Source: an uncultured Candidatus Saccharimonas sp. (GTDB taxonomy: Bacteria; Patescibacteriota; Saccharimonadia; Saccharimonadales; AQU-01). Taken from it: DNA of 64,000 nt. This document shows, in pieces, positions 34,633-44,416 of the stretch (the stretch's first letter is position 1; each line of letters begins with the position of its first letter). The stretch covers positions 1,997-65,996 of the forward strand of contig CALRGT010000004.1 of NCBI GenBank assembly GCA_943358095.1, in the 5' to 3' direction. The notes beneath the pieces are model-generated. The model saw nothing but the letters and a program-made list of their open reading frames with translations. It searched no databases and was not told where the DNA came from. A program made the position numbers and the translations under genes.

Positions 34633-35037
34633 ATGTCGAGGCAGAACGGGCGAGAACTTCCAGGTTCACAAACTATCGAATTATTAGGCGAGCCAAGAGA
34701 CATTATTGAAGGCTACACGTACGAAGAGTCTCAAGCTGACGTAATACCACTCGAAGGACGAGCAGGAAGCCTACACGCTAGACTATTTGAAAAAGAAGTA
34801 TGGATGAAGGACGCCAACTGTCGAGGCACAAAAACAAGCCTATTTTACCCAGAAAGAGGCGAAAGCAATAAGCAGGCCAAAAACGTCTGCGAAGAATGTG
34901 TTGTCTCAATTGAATGCAGCGAGTACTCTTTCTATGAAAAATTCGGCACGTGGGCCGGTCGATCCGAACAAGAAAGAAGAAGTCTACGCAAAGAGTCAAG
35001 CGCTACAGACGAATCAACTTCTCAAGAAATCTACTAA
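34633..35037 (+). CDS. WhiB-like (Wbl) 4Fe-4S transcription factor
   Basis: C-x22-C-x2-C-x5-C (NCRG...VCEECVVSIEC), then GTWAG (the G[VI]WGG turn) and a basic tail RSEQERRSLRK. An N-terminal extension of about 55 aa means the start is uncertain. Confidence 0.8.
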   Translation: MSRQNGRELPGSQTIELLGEPRDIIEGYTYEESQADVIPLEGRAGSLHARLFEKEVWMKDANCRGTKTSLFYPERGESNKQAKNVCEECVVSIECSEYSFYEKFGTWAGRSEQERRSLRKESSATDESTSQEIY

Positions 35038-35074
35038 TCTGTTATTATAGGTAGGTGCAAATGAGGTCTTTGAA

Positions 35075-35150
35075 GGGGGTATAGCTCAGTGGTTAGAGCA
35101 GTCGGCTCATAACTGATTGGTCCTTGGTTCAAATCCAAGTACCCCCACCA
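35075..35150 (+). tRNA. tRNA with CAU anticodon (elongator Met or Ile2 type), CCA encoded
   Basis: GGGGGTA-TA-GCTCAGTGGTTAGAGC-A-GTCGG-CTCATAA-CTGAT-TGGTC-CTTGG-TTCAAAT-CCAAG-TACCCCC-ACCA. Confidence 0.9.
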
Positions 35151-35173
35151 AAGGTTTCCTTTATACCAAATTA

Positions 35174-35206
35174 GTAGAGCCGCAACAATAGCGGCTCTAC
35201 TATTTT
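35174..35206. terminator. bidirectional terminator hairpin between the tRNA and dus
   Basis: GTAGAGCCGC-AACAATA-GCGGCTCTAC followed by TATTTT. Confidence 0.7.
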
Positions 35207-35241
35207 AGATATTAGTGATTTTTAGTTTTCGTAATGACAAG

Positions 35242-36255
35242 CTAGAGAAGTGCTAATAACTCGTCGGCGCTTGTGCAGACCATCAACTTTTCGCGTAGTT
35301 CTTTAGCACCATCAAAACCGTTGATGTATATTTTGCAGAATTTGTTTAGCGTTATAAGTTTGCGCTCATTATTTTTCCAAGTCTTAGCGAACAGCTCCAC
35401 ATGCTTGCGATAAAGAGCGATCTTGGCCTCTTTAGACATTGAGTCCCAAGGCGACACACCTGATTCATTATGAGCAAAAACAAAAGGGTCATGGAATATA
35501 CCACGGCCAACCATTACGCCATCTAAATTATGCTGCTTAGCTAGAGCTTCGCCCTGACTGCGCGACAAAACGTCGCCATTACCAACAATTAAAGTAGCGG
35601 GGGAGATCTTATCCCTTAGCTGCCTGACCTGCCCAATAATTTCCCAGTCAGCTGGAACTTTACTCATTTGCTTTCTAGTGCGACCGTGGATAGTTAACAT
35701 GTTAAGCTTTTGATTAAGTAATAATTCGTGCCATGTTAAGTCCACACTATTAAAGCCAACGCGAGTTTTAACGCTAAGGGGAAGGGGAGTGAAGATATTT
35801 TTGTTATCTCCCCCGCTCTTTTGATCATTCTTTATTTTAGCCCCATCCACAAGTCCGCGCTGACAAGCCTTAATAATCTCAATTGCTAAGTCCCTGTTCT
35901 CTGGCAAAATAAAGGCCGAACAAACTCCACTTCTGACTACATTCTTCTCTGGACAACCAAAGTTCAGATCCATACCATCAAACCCAAGCTCAGTAATAAG
36001 CAAGGCTGTTTTATAAAAATTCTCTGGATTCTTTCCCCATACCTGTGCAATAAGTGGACGCTCTTTGTCTGTAAATCTAAGTTTGGGCATTAGCTTTTCC
36101 CTGCCCGCACTCTGCAATCCATCAACATTCACAAATTCTGTGAAATACACATCGGCTGGCGCGCAATCAGAAATAATCTGACGAAAAACAGTATCCGTAA
36201 CGTCATCCATAGGCGCCAAGACAAAAAATGGTTTTGGTAGATTGCGTAAAGTCAT
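35242..36255 (-). CDS. tRNA-dihydrouridine synthase
   Basis: 337 aa with the Dus pattern LAPMDDVTD.VFR, a NFGCP active-site Cys and a TIHGRT motif. Confidence 0.85.
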   Translation of the reverse strand: MTLRNLPKPFFVLAPMDDVTDTVFRQIISDCAPADVYFTEFVNVDGLQSAGREKLMPKLRFTDKERPLIAQVWGKNPENFYKTALLITELGFDGMDLNFGCPEKNVVRSGVCSAFILPENRDLAIEIIKACQRGLVDGAKIKNDQKSGGDNKNIFTPLPLSVKTRVGFNSVDLTWHELLLNQKLNMLTIHGRTRKQMSKVPADWEIIGQVRQLRDKISPATLIVGNGDVLSRSQGEALAKQHNLDGVMVGRGIFHDPFVFAHNESGVSPWDSMSKEAKIALYRKHVELFAKTWKNNERKLITLNKFCKIYINGFDGAKELREKLMVCTSADELLALL

Positions 36256-36259
36256 CGAC

Positions 36260-36961
36260 CTATTGTAACTTATCTTTCGCGTGTAGCTTATCTAGACCTT
36301 CGCTGGCGATTGGTCGTAACTTGGGGTAACCCTTGGCCACCTCTACCAATTTACTCATCCAAAATGCCTGTCGATTAGCCTCTGAAGCCTGAGCTTCTGG
36401 CAAAACACGCTTTACTCCACCAACTCTCCACTCTTCGGTGTCAACCATCAAATAATAATCTAAACCACCGTTTTCTGGTGTGTACTTAACTTTTTGAGGG
36501 TCATAGTCCATTTTGCTATAACTACCCTCATTCTTTAACTTTGACAAATCAACAAATCTTTTATAAGGCATTAATCCTGGCTGACGAATATCATTTTCTA
36601 AAACTACACTCAATCTAAGTTCCGGGTTCATGACCTCGTCCAACACTTCAGCAAATTGGCCAAGTTTATCCGCACTATTTTGGGCATCTAACGCATAGTC
36701 AATATAATTACGAGTTAGCTTTTTGGCGGCTCGCAATGGATCATCAACTTTTTGAGATTTTTGCCTCAAAACTACTTCAGCAAGATGCTTAGCAGCCCCG
36801 CCGACTTTCTCTGGAAAATTTTGTAAGCTCAAAGCCTCAACTTGTTCTGGTTTAGAGACAGGCAAAAATCCTGATACATAATCTATAGCCTCAATACGCT
36901 CAAAACGATCTAGGCCACGATTGGGATACGGCAATTCGATGTTAAAATTTTCTTTTTTCAC
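36260..36961 (-). CDS. hypothetical protein
   Basis: 233-aa soluble ORF 4 nt upstream of dus. No motif recognised. Confidence 0.5.
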   Translation of the reverse strand: MKKENFNIELPYPNRGLDRFERIEAIDYVSGFLPVSKPEQVEALSLQNFPEKVGGAAKHLAEVVLRQKSQKVDDPLRAAKKLTRNYIDYALDAQNSADKLGQFAEVLDEVMNPELRLSVVLENDIRQPGLMPYKRFVDLSKLKNEGSYSKMDYDPQKVKYTPENGGLDYYLMVDTEEWRVGGVKRVLPEAQASEANRQAFWMSKLVEVAKGYPKLRPIASEGLDKLHAKDKLQ

Positions 36962-36963
36962 TA

Positions 36964-37266
36964 TTATTGATTTCTTTCAATACGAGCATTAATCACTTCT
37001 TGTCTAATGCTAATTGGAGTTTTAGGGGTTTGAGGGGTTTGTCTGCCACGCAATTCATCTATTTGTTTTCGTACGCTGTCTGGCATTCCAACAGCTGTCT
37101 CTCCAACTTTTTGAGCAGCATCTCTAATAATACTTGCCACTTGTTCGGGGCTTTCATAACCAATATCTTCTGCGACTTTAGGATCTATACCATCTGTCAC
37201 GCCACCGATTTGGTTGTTGCGAAGATTGTCGTAATATGCGGTTCTAATGTCAGATTCTTTTGTCAT
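36964..37266 (-). CDS. hypothetical protein
   Basis: 100-aa soluble ORF 2 nt upstream of the previous gene. The opposite-strand ORF 36967-37290 is judged a shadow. Confidence 0.45.
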   Translation of the reverse strand: MTKESDIRTAYYDNLRNNQIGGVTDGIDPKVAEDIGYESPEQVASIIRDAAQKVGETAVGMPDSVRKQIDELRGRQTPQTPKTPISIRQEVINARIERNQ

Positions 37267-37385
37267 AATGCTAGTATTATATCATACTAATGCTTATAAG
37301 TCCAGTGTTTGTGCATCTTCTGGTATTTTGATTAGGTTAGCTCTATAGTACTGACATATAACTCTTAACATAAGGACTCAGACTA

Positions 37386-38105
37386 ATGGCTAAAAAGAAG
37401 CGTGACGCAAAATCAGATAATAAAGTACTGGCAAGCTCATTATCTTTATTTGCACCAAGTATGAATGCATTTATGAGGAACCTACCAACGTTTATTATTT
37501 TGCTCGCACTACCCTTCTTGGTAACGCTGAGTAATTATCCGAACGGTATGAGCGACAATAACGATATAGCAATTGATACTCCTGTGATACTCGGCATAAT
37601 TTTTAGCATAGCTATTGTTCTTGTAATTTATATAATACTTGGTGCTTTGACCACTAAATTACAGCTTGAAGCAGCTAAAGGCAATGTCGTAAGCCTCCGC
37701 CAGCTCTGGGCCAGCACGAAATCACGCATTGTTACCTTTGGTTTGCTTTGTATTGCGATTGCAGCTTTGGTGACTGTCGGCCTAATCGCCTTCATAATAC
37801 CTGGGATTATATTTATTAGACGCTATGTGATGGCGCCTTATATTTTACTAGACAATGACGACATGACTATTAGTGAGGCGATGAATAAAAGTGCTGAGAT
37901 GTCCAAGCCCTACTCTGGCTATATTTGGGGCGTAATAGGCTTGGTAATACTGCTGAGCTTCACTACTGTAATACCATTTACGGGTCCGATGCTTTCTTTC
38001 GTTCTCACATCTATATATGGAATTGCCTTGCCGCTTCGATATCTTGAAATCAAGAACTTAGGACGTGGTCATTCCCAGCGAAAAACGCGAAAAGCAATCA
38101 AATAG
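37386..38105 (+). CDS. hypothetical polytopic membrane protein
   Basis: 239 aa with about 5 TM helices and a basic C-terminus. Its 3' end overlaps the convergent permease gene. Confidence 0.5.
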   Translation: MAKKKRDAKSDNKVLASSLSLFAPSMNAFMRNLPTFIILLALPFLVTLSNYPNGMSDNNDIAIDTPVILGIIFSIAIVLVIYIILGALTTKLQLEAAKGNVVSLRQLWASTKSRIVTFGLLCIAIAALVTVGLIAFIIPGIIFIRRYVMAPYILLDNDDMTISEAMNKSAEMSKPYSGYIWGVIGLVILLSFTTVIPFTGPMLSFVLTSIYGIALPLRYLEIKNLGRGHSQRKTRKAIK

Positions 38106-39181
38106 ATAATAACCGCCCAGACGCCAATCATTCCAAGTTGCGGCGCTACACCACCTAGTGATTTACCCTCATTTGCTATAAGACGAATACCGTCAATTAC
38201 TGGTGTTAGAGGCAGGTAGCTTGAGGCGTTCTGCAGCCATTCTGGCATGGCATAACGTGGGAAGAACGTGCCAGACAAAAATAGCATAGGAAACACTATA
38301 ATATTCCCAAGTGGTGCGGCCTGACGCTCGTTACGAGCCCAACCACCTATAGCCAAACCTATTCCAAGGATCATTATTATACTTGAGGCCAAAAAGGCCG
38401 CTAGCTCAAATACATTACCGACAAGCTTCAAATCATAGAAGACGATCGCCACCAAAAATAGTATTGCCATCGTCAGTAGACCAACTATTGCCTGCGAAAG
38501 AGCGTTCGATACGAAGTACTGCCAAACCTTTAATGGCGTAGTGTGTAGCCTGCGCAATATACCTTGTTTTTTTAGTTCTGGAAACACACTAATCGGCCCA
38601 AAAATGCCTAAACCAATAATAGAGAATCCTAGCAATCCAGCAAAAGTATAATCAAAGCGCGACAAAGACTTCTCGTTACTTCGCTCAGACGCCACCTTAA
38701 ATGTCTCATTAGACGGACTAAAGCTGTTGTTAATGTCCTTAAACTGAGCTTGAAGTACGCTCACTAGCGTTAAAGCGGCCTGTTCGCTATTAGCAGTAAA
38801 AAGAACTTTGGCGGTACCAGCCGGCTTGCCGTCCACAATGTTGCCAAAGTCTGCAGGCAGAATAATTGTGGCGTCAATTTCGCTACGCTTCATCTTATCA
38901 TTGGCAGTCGATTGGTTAGTAATACTATCAACAACTTTAAAAATTTTATCTTTATACATGTCTTCTACATACTTTTTAGAAAATTCGCTACTAGAGTTAT
39001 TGATTAGTGCAACTTTGAAGGAAACGCTAGGATCTTTGCCAAAAATTCCACCAAAAACGACTAAGAATATCAGCGGAAAGACGATAGTAAAGAATAAAGC
39101 CAGGCGATCACGAAAAAATCGCTTAGTGCTAAGCTTCACAAAAACATAGATCGTATAAAATTGCTTTTGGAGTGGAGTCAT
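38069..39181 (-). CDS. ABC-2 type transporter permease
   Basis: 370 aa with an N-terminal TM helix, a large extracytoplasmic loop and 5 C-terminal TM helices. Follows an ABC ATPase gene. Confidence 0.8.
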   Translation of the reverse strand: MTPLQKQFYTIYVFVKLSTKRFFRDRLALFFTIVFPLIFLVVFGGIFGKDPSVSFKVALINNSSSEFSKKYVEDMYKDKIFKVVDSITNQSTANDKMKRSEIDATIILPADFGNIVDGKPAGTAKVLFTANSEQAALTLVSVLQAQFKDINNSFSPSNETFKVASERSNEKSLSRFDYTFAGLLGFSIIGLGIFGPISVFPELKKQGILRRLHTTPLKVWQYFVSNALSQAIVGLLTMAILFLVAIVFYDLKLVGNVFELAAFLASSIIMILGIGLAIGGWARNERQAAPLGNIIVFPMLFLSGTFFPRYAMPEWLQNASSYLPLTPVIDGIRLIANEGKSLGGVAPQLGMIGVWAVIIYLIAFRVFRWE

Positions 39182-39185
39182 AGCA

Positions 39186-39944
39186 TTAATCCTTTAACTT
39201 CTTGCCTGTTAAATCAATAAAAACATCTTCGAGGTCAGCCTGCTCTACATGCTGAGCCTTCTTGAAGCCACGAGCTAGCAACTGCTTTACTAGCTGTTTT
39301 GGCGGTGCAATAGTTATAATATTGCCCTCGTCCATGATAGCCACGCGGTCACATAGTAACTCTGCTTCTTCCATATAATGAGTGGTCATGATAATAGTGA
39401 TGCCCTTGTCACGAATTTGTTGAACAAGGTCCCATAAATTTCGTCTAGCTTGTGGATCCAAACCTGTTGTTGGCTCGTCCATAAAAAATATCTTAGGGCT
39501 ATGAACTAGCGCCGCGGCTATACTAAATCGCTGCTTCTGGCCACCCGATAACTCTTCTGCATAACTCTTGGCTTTGTCTAATAAATCTACGTCTTCTAGC
39601 AACTTTCTGGCGTCAACTCGTTCACCATAAGCAGCGGCAAATAACTCTAATAGCTCTGTAAGTCGCGTCTTATCCTGAAAAGCCGGGCTTTGTGGCTGAA
39701 CGCCGATAATTTGCCTGATTTTAGTAGGTTCTTCGGCAACGTTAATGCCATCTAGTATCGCCGTACCGCCGTCTATTTCTTTGATTGCTTCAATCATTTC
39801 CAGAGTCGTGGTCTTGCCTGCTCCGTTTGGCCCAAGAATACCAAAAATCTCGCCCTCGTTAACCTCAAAGCTAATGCCATTAACGACAGTCTTATCGCCG
39901 TACTTCTTGGTTAATCCGGTAACTTTTAGTAATACTTTTCCCAT
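39186..39944 (-). CDS. ABC transporter ATP-binding protein
   Basis: 252 aa with Walker A GPNGAGKTT, signature LSGGQKQR and Walker B FFMDEP. Confidence 0.9.
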   Translation of the reverse strand: MGKVLLKVTGLTKKYGDKTVVNGISFEVNEGEIFGILGPNGAGKTTTLEMIEAIKEIDGGTAILDGINVAEEPTKIRQIIGVQPQSPAFQDKTRLTELLELFAAAYGERVDARKLLEDVDLLDKAKSYAEELSGGQKQRFSIAAALVHSPKIFFMDEPTTGLDPQARRNLWDLVQQIRDKGITIIMTTHYMEEAELLCDRVAIMDEGNIITIAPPKQLVKQLLARGFKKAQHVEQADLEDVFIDLTGKKLKD

Positions 39945-39974
39945 TTCACTCTCTACTATAGCCTAATTTTTGAC

Positions 39975-40010
39975 AAAAATAATAGCCCTAAGTTATTAAA
40001 CTAGGGCTAT
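39975..40010 (-). terminator. intrinsic terminator after the 40028-40225 gene
   Basis: Minus strand ATAGCCCTA-GTTTAATAACT-TAGGGCTAT followed by TATTTTTG. Confidence 0.6.
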
Positions 40011-40027
40011 TAATAGGCAAAGATGAA

Positions 40028-40225
40028 TTATCTATCGCGCTTGATTGTCAAAAATCCATTGCGTGGATTTTCGTTGACTGAAAAGCCAGCTGGCAATTCT
40101 GATGCTTCTGGACGGTCGTCCTTGCTAAAGTAGTAGATCATCTGTTGCTTTCCGCCACGTAGTGTTACGTTCTTTGAGTTAAGATGATATGTTACGCCCT
40201 TGGAATTGGTGTGTTGATAACCCAT
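40028..40225 (-). CDS. hypothetical small protein
   Basis: Start trimmed to ATG 40225 (GAGGGAG upstream). 65 aa, MGYQHTNSKGVTYHLNSK... No motif. Confidence 0.5.
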   Translation of the reverse strand: MGYQHTNSKGVTYHLNSKNVTLRGGKQQMIYYFSKDDRPEASELPAGFSVNENPRNGFLTIKRDR

Positions 40226-40513
40226 AGTTACGAACTCCCTCTCTCTTATCGTTAGTAGTAGTACTCCTAACATACTCTGTAGTGTTTTAGATTGTCAACC
40301 CTATCGATCATTTTATATCAAAAGATTTCCACAGATACGATAAGATAGCCGCTCTCCCATAAATAATCAACAGATAAGGTCACCACCGAAGTTAGTATTT
40401 AAAAATTACAATGTAAAAATGTAGTAAACGACTCCTAATAACAGGTTGCAAATCAATGTGCTTATGTATTACACTAATTAGTGAAAATAATAGAGTTAAA
40501 AGGTGGAGTAATT

Positions 40514-41095
40514 ATGGAATTTGCCCAACGCGGTACACAACAATCATCAAGCCCGACTACATCTGGAAGCCAAGTGCCTACAGGATCAAGCAGAAATAAC
40601 AAGACTACTGGTAGCAGAAGCGCACTAATGCCGATGATATCGCTAGTCCTATCGGGATTATTGATACTAAGCGTGCTTTTTTATGTTGTAACTGGCAACA
40701 ATATTGGAGCTAACAACGAAGGTCAATATGTTGCTTCTGGTCAGTACCAAGCCGTATTCCTAAACGGTGGGCAAGTTTACTTTGGTCAAATATCTAGCTT
40801 AAACACTAAGTTTATGAGAGTGCAGGACATTTACTACCTTCGCGTAAACCAAACAGTACAACCAAAAGCTGGAAGTGCTGCATCAAATGACGTGTCGCTA
40901 GTAAAGCTTGGCTGTGAGTTGCACGGTCCAACAGACGCTATGCTTATCAATCGTGATCAAGTCATCTTCTGGGAAAACCTTAAGACTGACGGACAAGTTG
41001 CAAAAGCAGTTGCAGAATACAAGAAAGCCAATCCTAACGGACAGAAATGCGACACAAGCACTTCTGCTGCTACGCCAACCACTTCAAAGCCATAA
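40514..41095 (+). CDS. hypothetical membrane-anchored protein
   Basis: Start trimmed to ATG 40514 (GGTGGAG upstream). It has a Ser/Thr-rich N-terminus, one TM helix and an ectodomain with two Cys. Confidence 0.5.
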   Translation: MEFAQRGTQQSSSPTTSGSQVPTGSSRNNKTTGSRSALMPMISLVLSGLLILSVLFYVVTGNNIGANNEGQYVASGQYQAVFLNGGQVYFGQISSLNTKFMRVQDIYYLRVNQTVQPKAGSAASNDVSLVKLGCELHGPTDAMLINRDQVIFWENLKTDGQVAKAVAEYKKANPNGQKCDTSTSAATPTTSKP

Positions 41096-41116
41096 CAATC
41101 TAGAGTTAAGGCCAAT

Positions 41117-41145
41117 AAAACGCCCACATCGAGTGGGCGTTTTAA
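41117..41145 (+). terminator. intrinsic terminator
   Basis: CGCCCAC-ATCGA-GTGGGCG followed by TTTTAAG. Confidence 0.7.
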
Positions 41146-41210
41146 GTTGAGGATAATATAGTCTTATGGTCGTAATGAGCCATAGTACCAACTCTAATTA
41201 ATGAACCCGA

Positions 41211-41822
41211 TCAAGCAGCTTCTAGCTCTGACTTAAGTAGTCTGTGTAGTGCTAATCTTATAATAAACACAATGAATAGCAGGACAGCAATCAATAAGCT
41301 CCAACCGGCCAAGTCTGGAGACCAAGCTGGCGACAGGAAATCGAATTTATAAAGACTACTGTCTATTGGCATATTGCTGGATGAGTGGTCGGCTATGTAG
41401 GATTGAATACAAGGAATTCGTGGGCCTCCTGCAAAAGTTTCGCCTGGCAAATACTGACACTTGGCGAGTGCTTCAGCCGACAAGCGCGTTTTTTCTTCTG
41501 CTAAGCGTAATTTTTGGACTGCCACAAGTCTATCATATTCATTTTTTAACTGCAGTGGTGGTTTTATCGGACTTGAACCGCTAGCCAAATTAGTATTCAT
41601 GTGTTTATAGACGAATTGGCGCAAATTACGCATCTCTAGCTCTGTATCACTATTCTGCTCGTCAGCTCTAATCACCTTGTCTCTGAGTTTTACCATCTGT
41701 AAATTATTCTGGCGCAACGAATAAACCGAAATCGATCCAGAAATAAGACAAAGTAATAAAATAAACCATGGATTTATGACATGAACTCTTCGTGAATAAT
41801 AATGTAACTGCTTTTTGCTCAT
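41211..41822 (-). CDS. hypothetical bitopic membrane protein
   Basis: ORF 41211-41864 trimmed to MSKKQLHYY. It has TM helices near both termini and a central coiled-coil-like region. Confidence 0.45.
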   Translation of the reverse strand: MSKKQLHYYSRRVHVINPWFILLLCLISGSISVYSLRQNNLQMVKLRDKVIRADEQNSDTELEMRNLRQFVYKHMNTNLASGSSPIKPPLQLKNEYDRLVAVQKLRLAEEKTRLSAEALAKCQYLPGETFAGGPRIPCIQSYIADHSSSNMPIDSSLYKFDFLSPAWSPDLAGWSLLIAVLLFIVFIIRLALHRLLKSELEAA

Positions 41823-41926
41823 GTTTATAATAATTATATACGACCCTGCCCACATCACTTGCAAAATATATTTATCACCCCCGTACTTCGCTAGTTACAA
41901 CCAGCTAATTCCTATATACTAATTTT

Positions 41927-43237
41927 ATGCATATATTCTTTTCAGGCATTGGTGGCGCAGGTATCGGACCTCTAGCGCTTATTGCAAAAAAAGCCGGATA
42001 TGAAGTTAGTGGCTCTGACAAACAAGACAGTCAATATATATCTAACCTCAAAAAGAATGGCATATCAAATTTATACATTGGACAGTCTGAGGCAGATATC
42101 GCAAAAATACATGCCGAGCATCCTATCGATTGGCTCGTCTACTCTTCTGCCCTTCCAAAAGAGAATCCTAATCATCCTGAACTTAAATTCGCTATTGAAA
42201 ATAATATAAAACATTCCAAACGCGATGAATTATTAAACGAAATATTAATCCAGAAAAAACTAAATCTAATCGCTGTCGCCGGAACTCATGGCAAAACAAC
42301 AACTACCGCCATGGTAATTTGGTTATTCCGCCAATTAAATATACCTGTAAGTTATTCGGTTGGAGCAAAAATAAGCTTTGGAGATATGGGTAACTACGAC
42401 CCTGAGAGTGAATATTTCGTATACGAATGCGACGAATTTGATCGAAATTTCTTGTCTTTCGAGCCATATATGAGCCTAATAACAGGAGTTACATGGGATC
42501 ATCACGAGATATATCCAACTCGTTCTGAATATCAGCAAGCTTTTAGCGACTTCGTTGGGCAAAGCTCGCAGACTGTTCTTTGGCAAGAAGATTTCGAATA
42601 CTTAGGCCTGACTCCCTCTGACAACTTATTAGTTCAGGATTCTGGCTTAATCAAAAATAAGAAGTATCATATTGAACTTCCCGGACTTTATAATCGGCTC
42701 GATGCCTGGCTTGCAATAGTCGCTGTTAATAAATTAACCGACACTCCCGTAGAGAAACTAATACATTTAATAGATATCTTCCCTGGCAGTAGTCGTCGTA
42801 TGGAGCAAATTGTTAAGAATCTTTTCAGTGACTATGCCCACACACCAGAAAAAATCACTGGGGCGATGAGCGTAGCACTAGAAATGGCGGAGAAAAATAA
42901 TCAAAAGCTTGTTATCGTCTACGAACCACTAACTAACCGACGAATGCACTATATGGCCAGCCAGCACTACAGCGTGTTTGATGGTGCTGCAAAGATATAC
43001 TGGGTTCCTAGTTATCTAGCCCGCGAAGACTCTTCTCAGCACGTCTTAACTCCTACCGAGTTAATCAAAAGTTTAAGTCCGGAGCTTCAAGAAATAGCCA
43101 AACCAATGGAATTTAATGACGAATTAGAGCAAACCATCAAAGATCATGTTGGCGCAGGCGATATGGTTGTTTGCCTTTCTGGAGGCGGCGGCGCAAGTCT
43201 AGATGAATGGCTAAGAAGCAAGTTCGGTAAAGTCTAG
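41927..43237 (+). CDS. murC: UDP-N-acetylmuramate--L-alanine ligase (Mur ligase family)
   Basis: 436 aa with a MurC-type N-terminus FFSGIGGAGIGPLA...GYEVSGSD and the ATP site GTHGKTTTTAM. Confidence 0.75.
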   Translation: MHIFFSGIGGAGIGPLALIAKKAGYEVSGSDKQDSQYISNLKKNGISNLYIGQSEADIAKIHAEHPIDWLVYSSALPKENPNHPELKFAIENNIKHSKRDELLNEILIQKKLNLIAVAGTHGKTTTTAMVIWLFRQLNIPVSYSVGAKISFGDMGNYDPESEYFVYECDEFDRNFLSFEPYMSLITGVTWDHHEIYPTRSEYQQAFSDFVGQSSQTVLWQEDFEYLGLTPSDNLLVQDSGLIKNKKYHIELPGLYNRLDAWLAIVAVNKLTDTPVEKLIHLIDIFPGSSRRMEQIVKNLFSDYAHTPEKITGAMSVALEMAEKNNQKLVIVYEPLTNRRMHYMASQHYSVFDGAAKIYWVPSYLAREDSSQHVLTPTELIKSLSPELQEIAKPMEFNDELEQTIKDHVGAGDMVVCLSGGGGASLDEWLRSKFGKV

Positions 43238-43804
43238 CTCGTAACTTCCCTGTCTAATAATCGACAGTCTATCACCCGAGAGCTTAACTATTGTTGACGC
43301 AGCATTGCCACTTAAATCACCACCATCCACATAGAAACTAACATTTTCACCAAAAATTTTTGTGGCCTGTTCAATATTAGACACTACCTGGTTGCCGCTC
43401 AGATTGGCACTAGAGGTAACAAGCGGACCCGTAGCCTGCAAAAGAGACCGGAGCTGTTCATTTGCCGGAATTCTAACGGCAATCGAGCCTGAGCCTTGAA
43501 TTTGGTTAATAACGGTCGCATCGCAGTCAATAACAACGCTTATGGGATTTGGCCATAAATGCACCACTTTATTTAGCGCTAAGGGGTCGAGTCCAAATTC
43601 AATTAACTGATCAACTGATCCAGCCAACATTGTACCGGCCTTTTGCTCACGCCCCTTAAGTACATTAATTTGATCTAAAATAGATGGCATGCGGGCAGAC
43701 CCAACTAATCCGTAAACTGTATCTGTCGGTAAAACGCCAATTGCGCCAGATTTAATTAGCTGAACTAGCTCTATATCGTCTAGTTTGTTGAAATTTTTAA
43801 CCAT
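43211..43804 (-). CDS. tsaC: L-threonylcarbamoyladenylate synthase (TsaC/YrdC)
   Basis: 197 aa with the YrdC pattern LPTDTVYGL and SSAN.SG. Confidence 0.85.
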   Translation of the reverse strand: MVKNFNKLDDIELVQLIKSGAIGVLPTDTVYGLVGSARMPSILDQINVLKGREQKAGTMLAGSVDQLIEFGLDPLALNKVVHLWPNPISVVIDCDATVINQIQGSGSIAVRIPANEQLRSLLQATGPLVTSSANLSGNQVVSNIEQATKIFGENVSFYVDGGDLSGNAASTIVKLSGDRLSIIRQGSYELDFTELAS

Positions 43805-43832
43805 CGTGCGAACATAATACTAAAATTATCTA

Positions 43833-44414
43833 TTAAAGGCCAAGTGCTGTATTGGTTAGATCACTAGAAGTAATATCTTGTGTGGCATCTGCCTTAGCAA
43901 TACTTGCATCTAGATCTGTTGATAGCTTAGTGACGTCGGCTGATGTTGCTGGCTTAACTGCAACAGTTGGTGAGGCCACTGTAACTTTGGTAGTTTTGGT
44001 GGTTGTCTTAGTAGAATTTAAGTACAAGAACACTGCAGCTGCTGCAAGAACTACGGCAACAATTACGATAACCAAAACTAGAGCTTTAGACTTCTTTTTT
44101 GGTGTCTTTGGAGTAGACGCAATTAATGGAGACACATCGGCTGGAGTGTTACTATCGCTAGGCATGGCAGGGGCTGGTGTAGTTGGCGTTACATTGAAAT
44201 CTGTTGCAGGTTGAGCCGAGCTCTCTACTGGAAAGTTATTTACAGGAGCTTCCATTGGTGCCTGAGGCATAGCAGCAGGTCTAATAATATCAGCGCCCAT
44301 AGGGTTCGCTGATGGAGCTGGAGTTACTGTTGGCGCCGTGCTTACTGCTGGCATTTCAGGCATCGGACCTTCTGGCATGCCTACTGGTTGAGTGTTGTTT
44401 TGTGTATCTTCCAT
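43833..44414 (-). CDS. Pro/Ala/Thr-rich membrane-anchored protein
   Basis: 193 aa with a low-complexity N-terminus and one TM helix (ALVLVIVIVAVVLAAAAVFLYL). In an operon with three other envelope ORFs. Confidence 0.45.
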   Translation of the reverse strand: MEDTQNNTQPVGMPEGPMPEMPAVSTAPTVTPAPSANPMGADIIRPAAMPQAPMEAPVNNFPVESSAQPATDFNVTPTTPAPAMPSDSNTPADVSPLIASTPKTPKKKSKALVLVIVIVAVVLAAAAVFLYLNSTKTTTKTTKVTVASPTVAVKPATSADVTKLSTDLDASIAKADATQDITSSDLTNTALGL

Positions 44415-44416
44415 GA

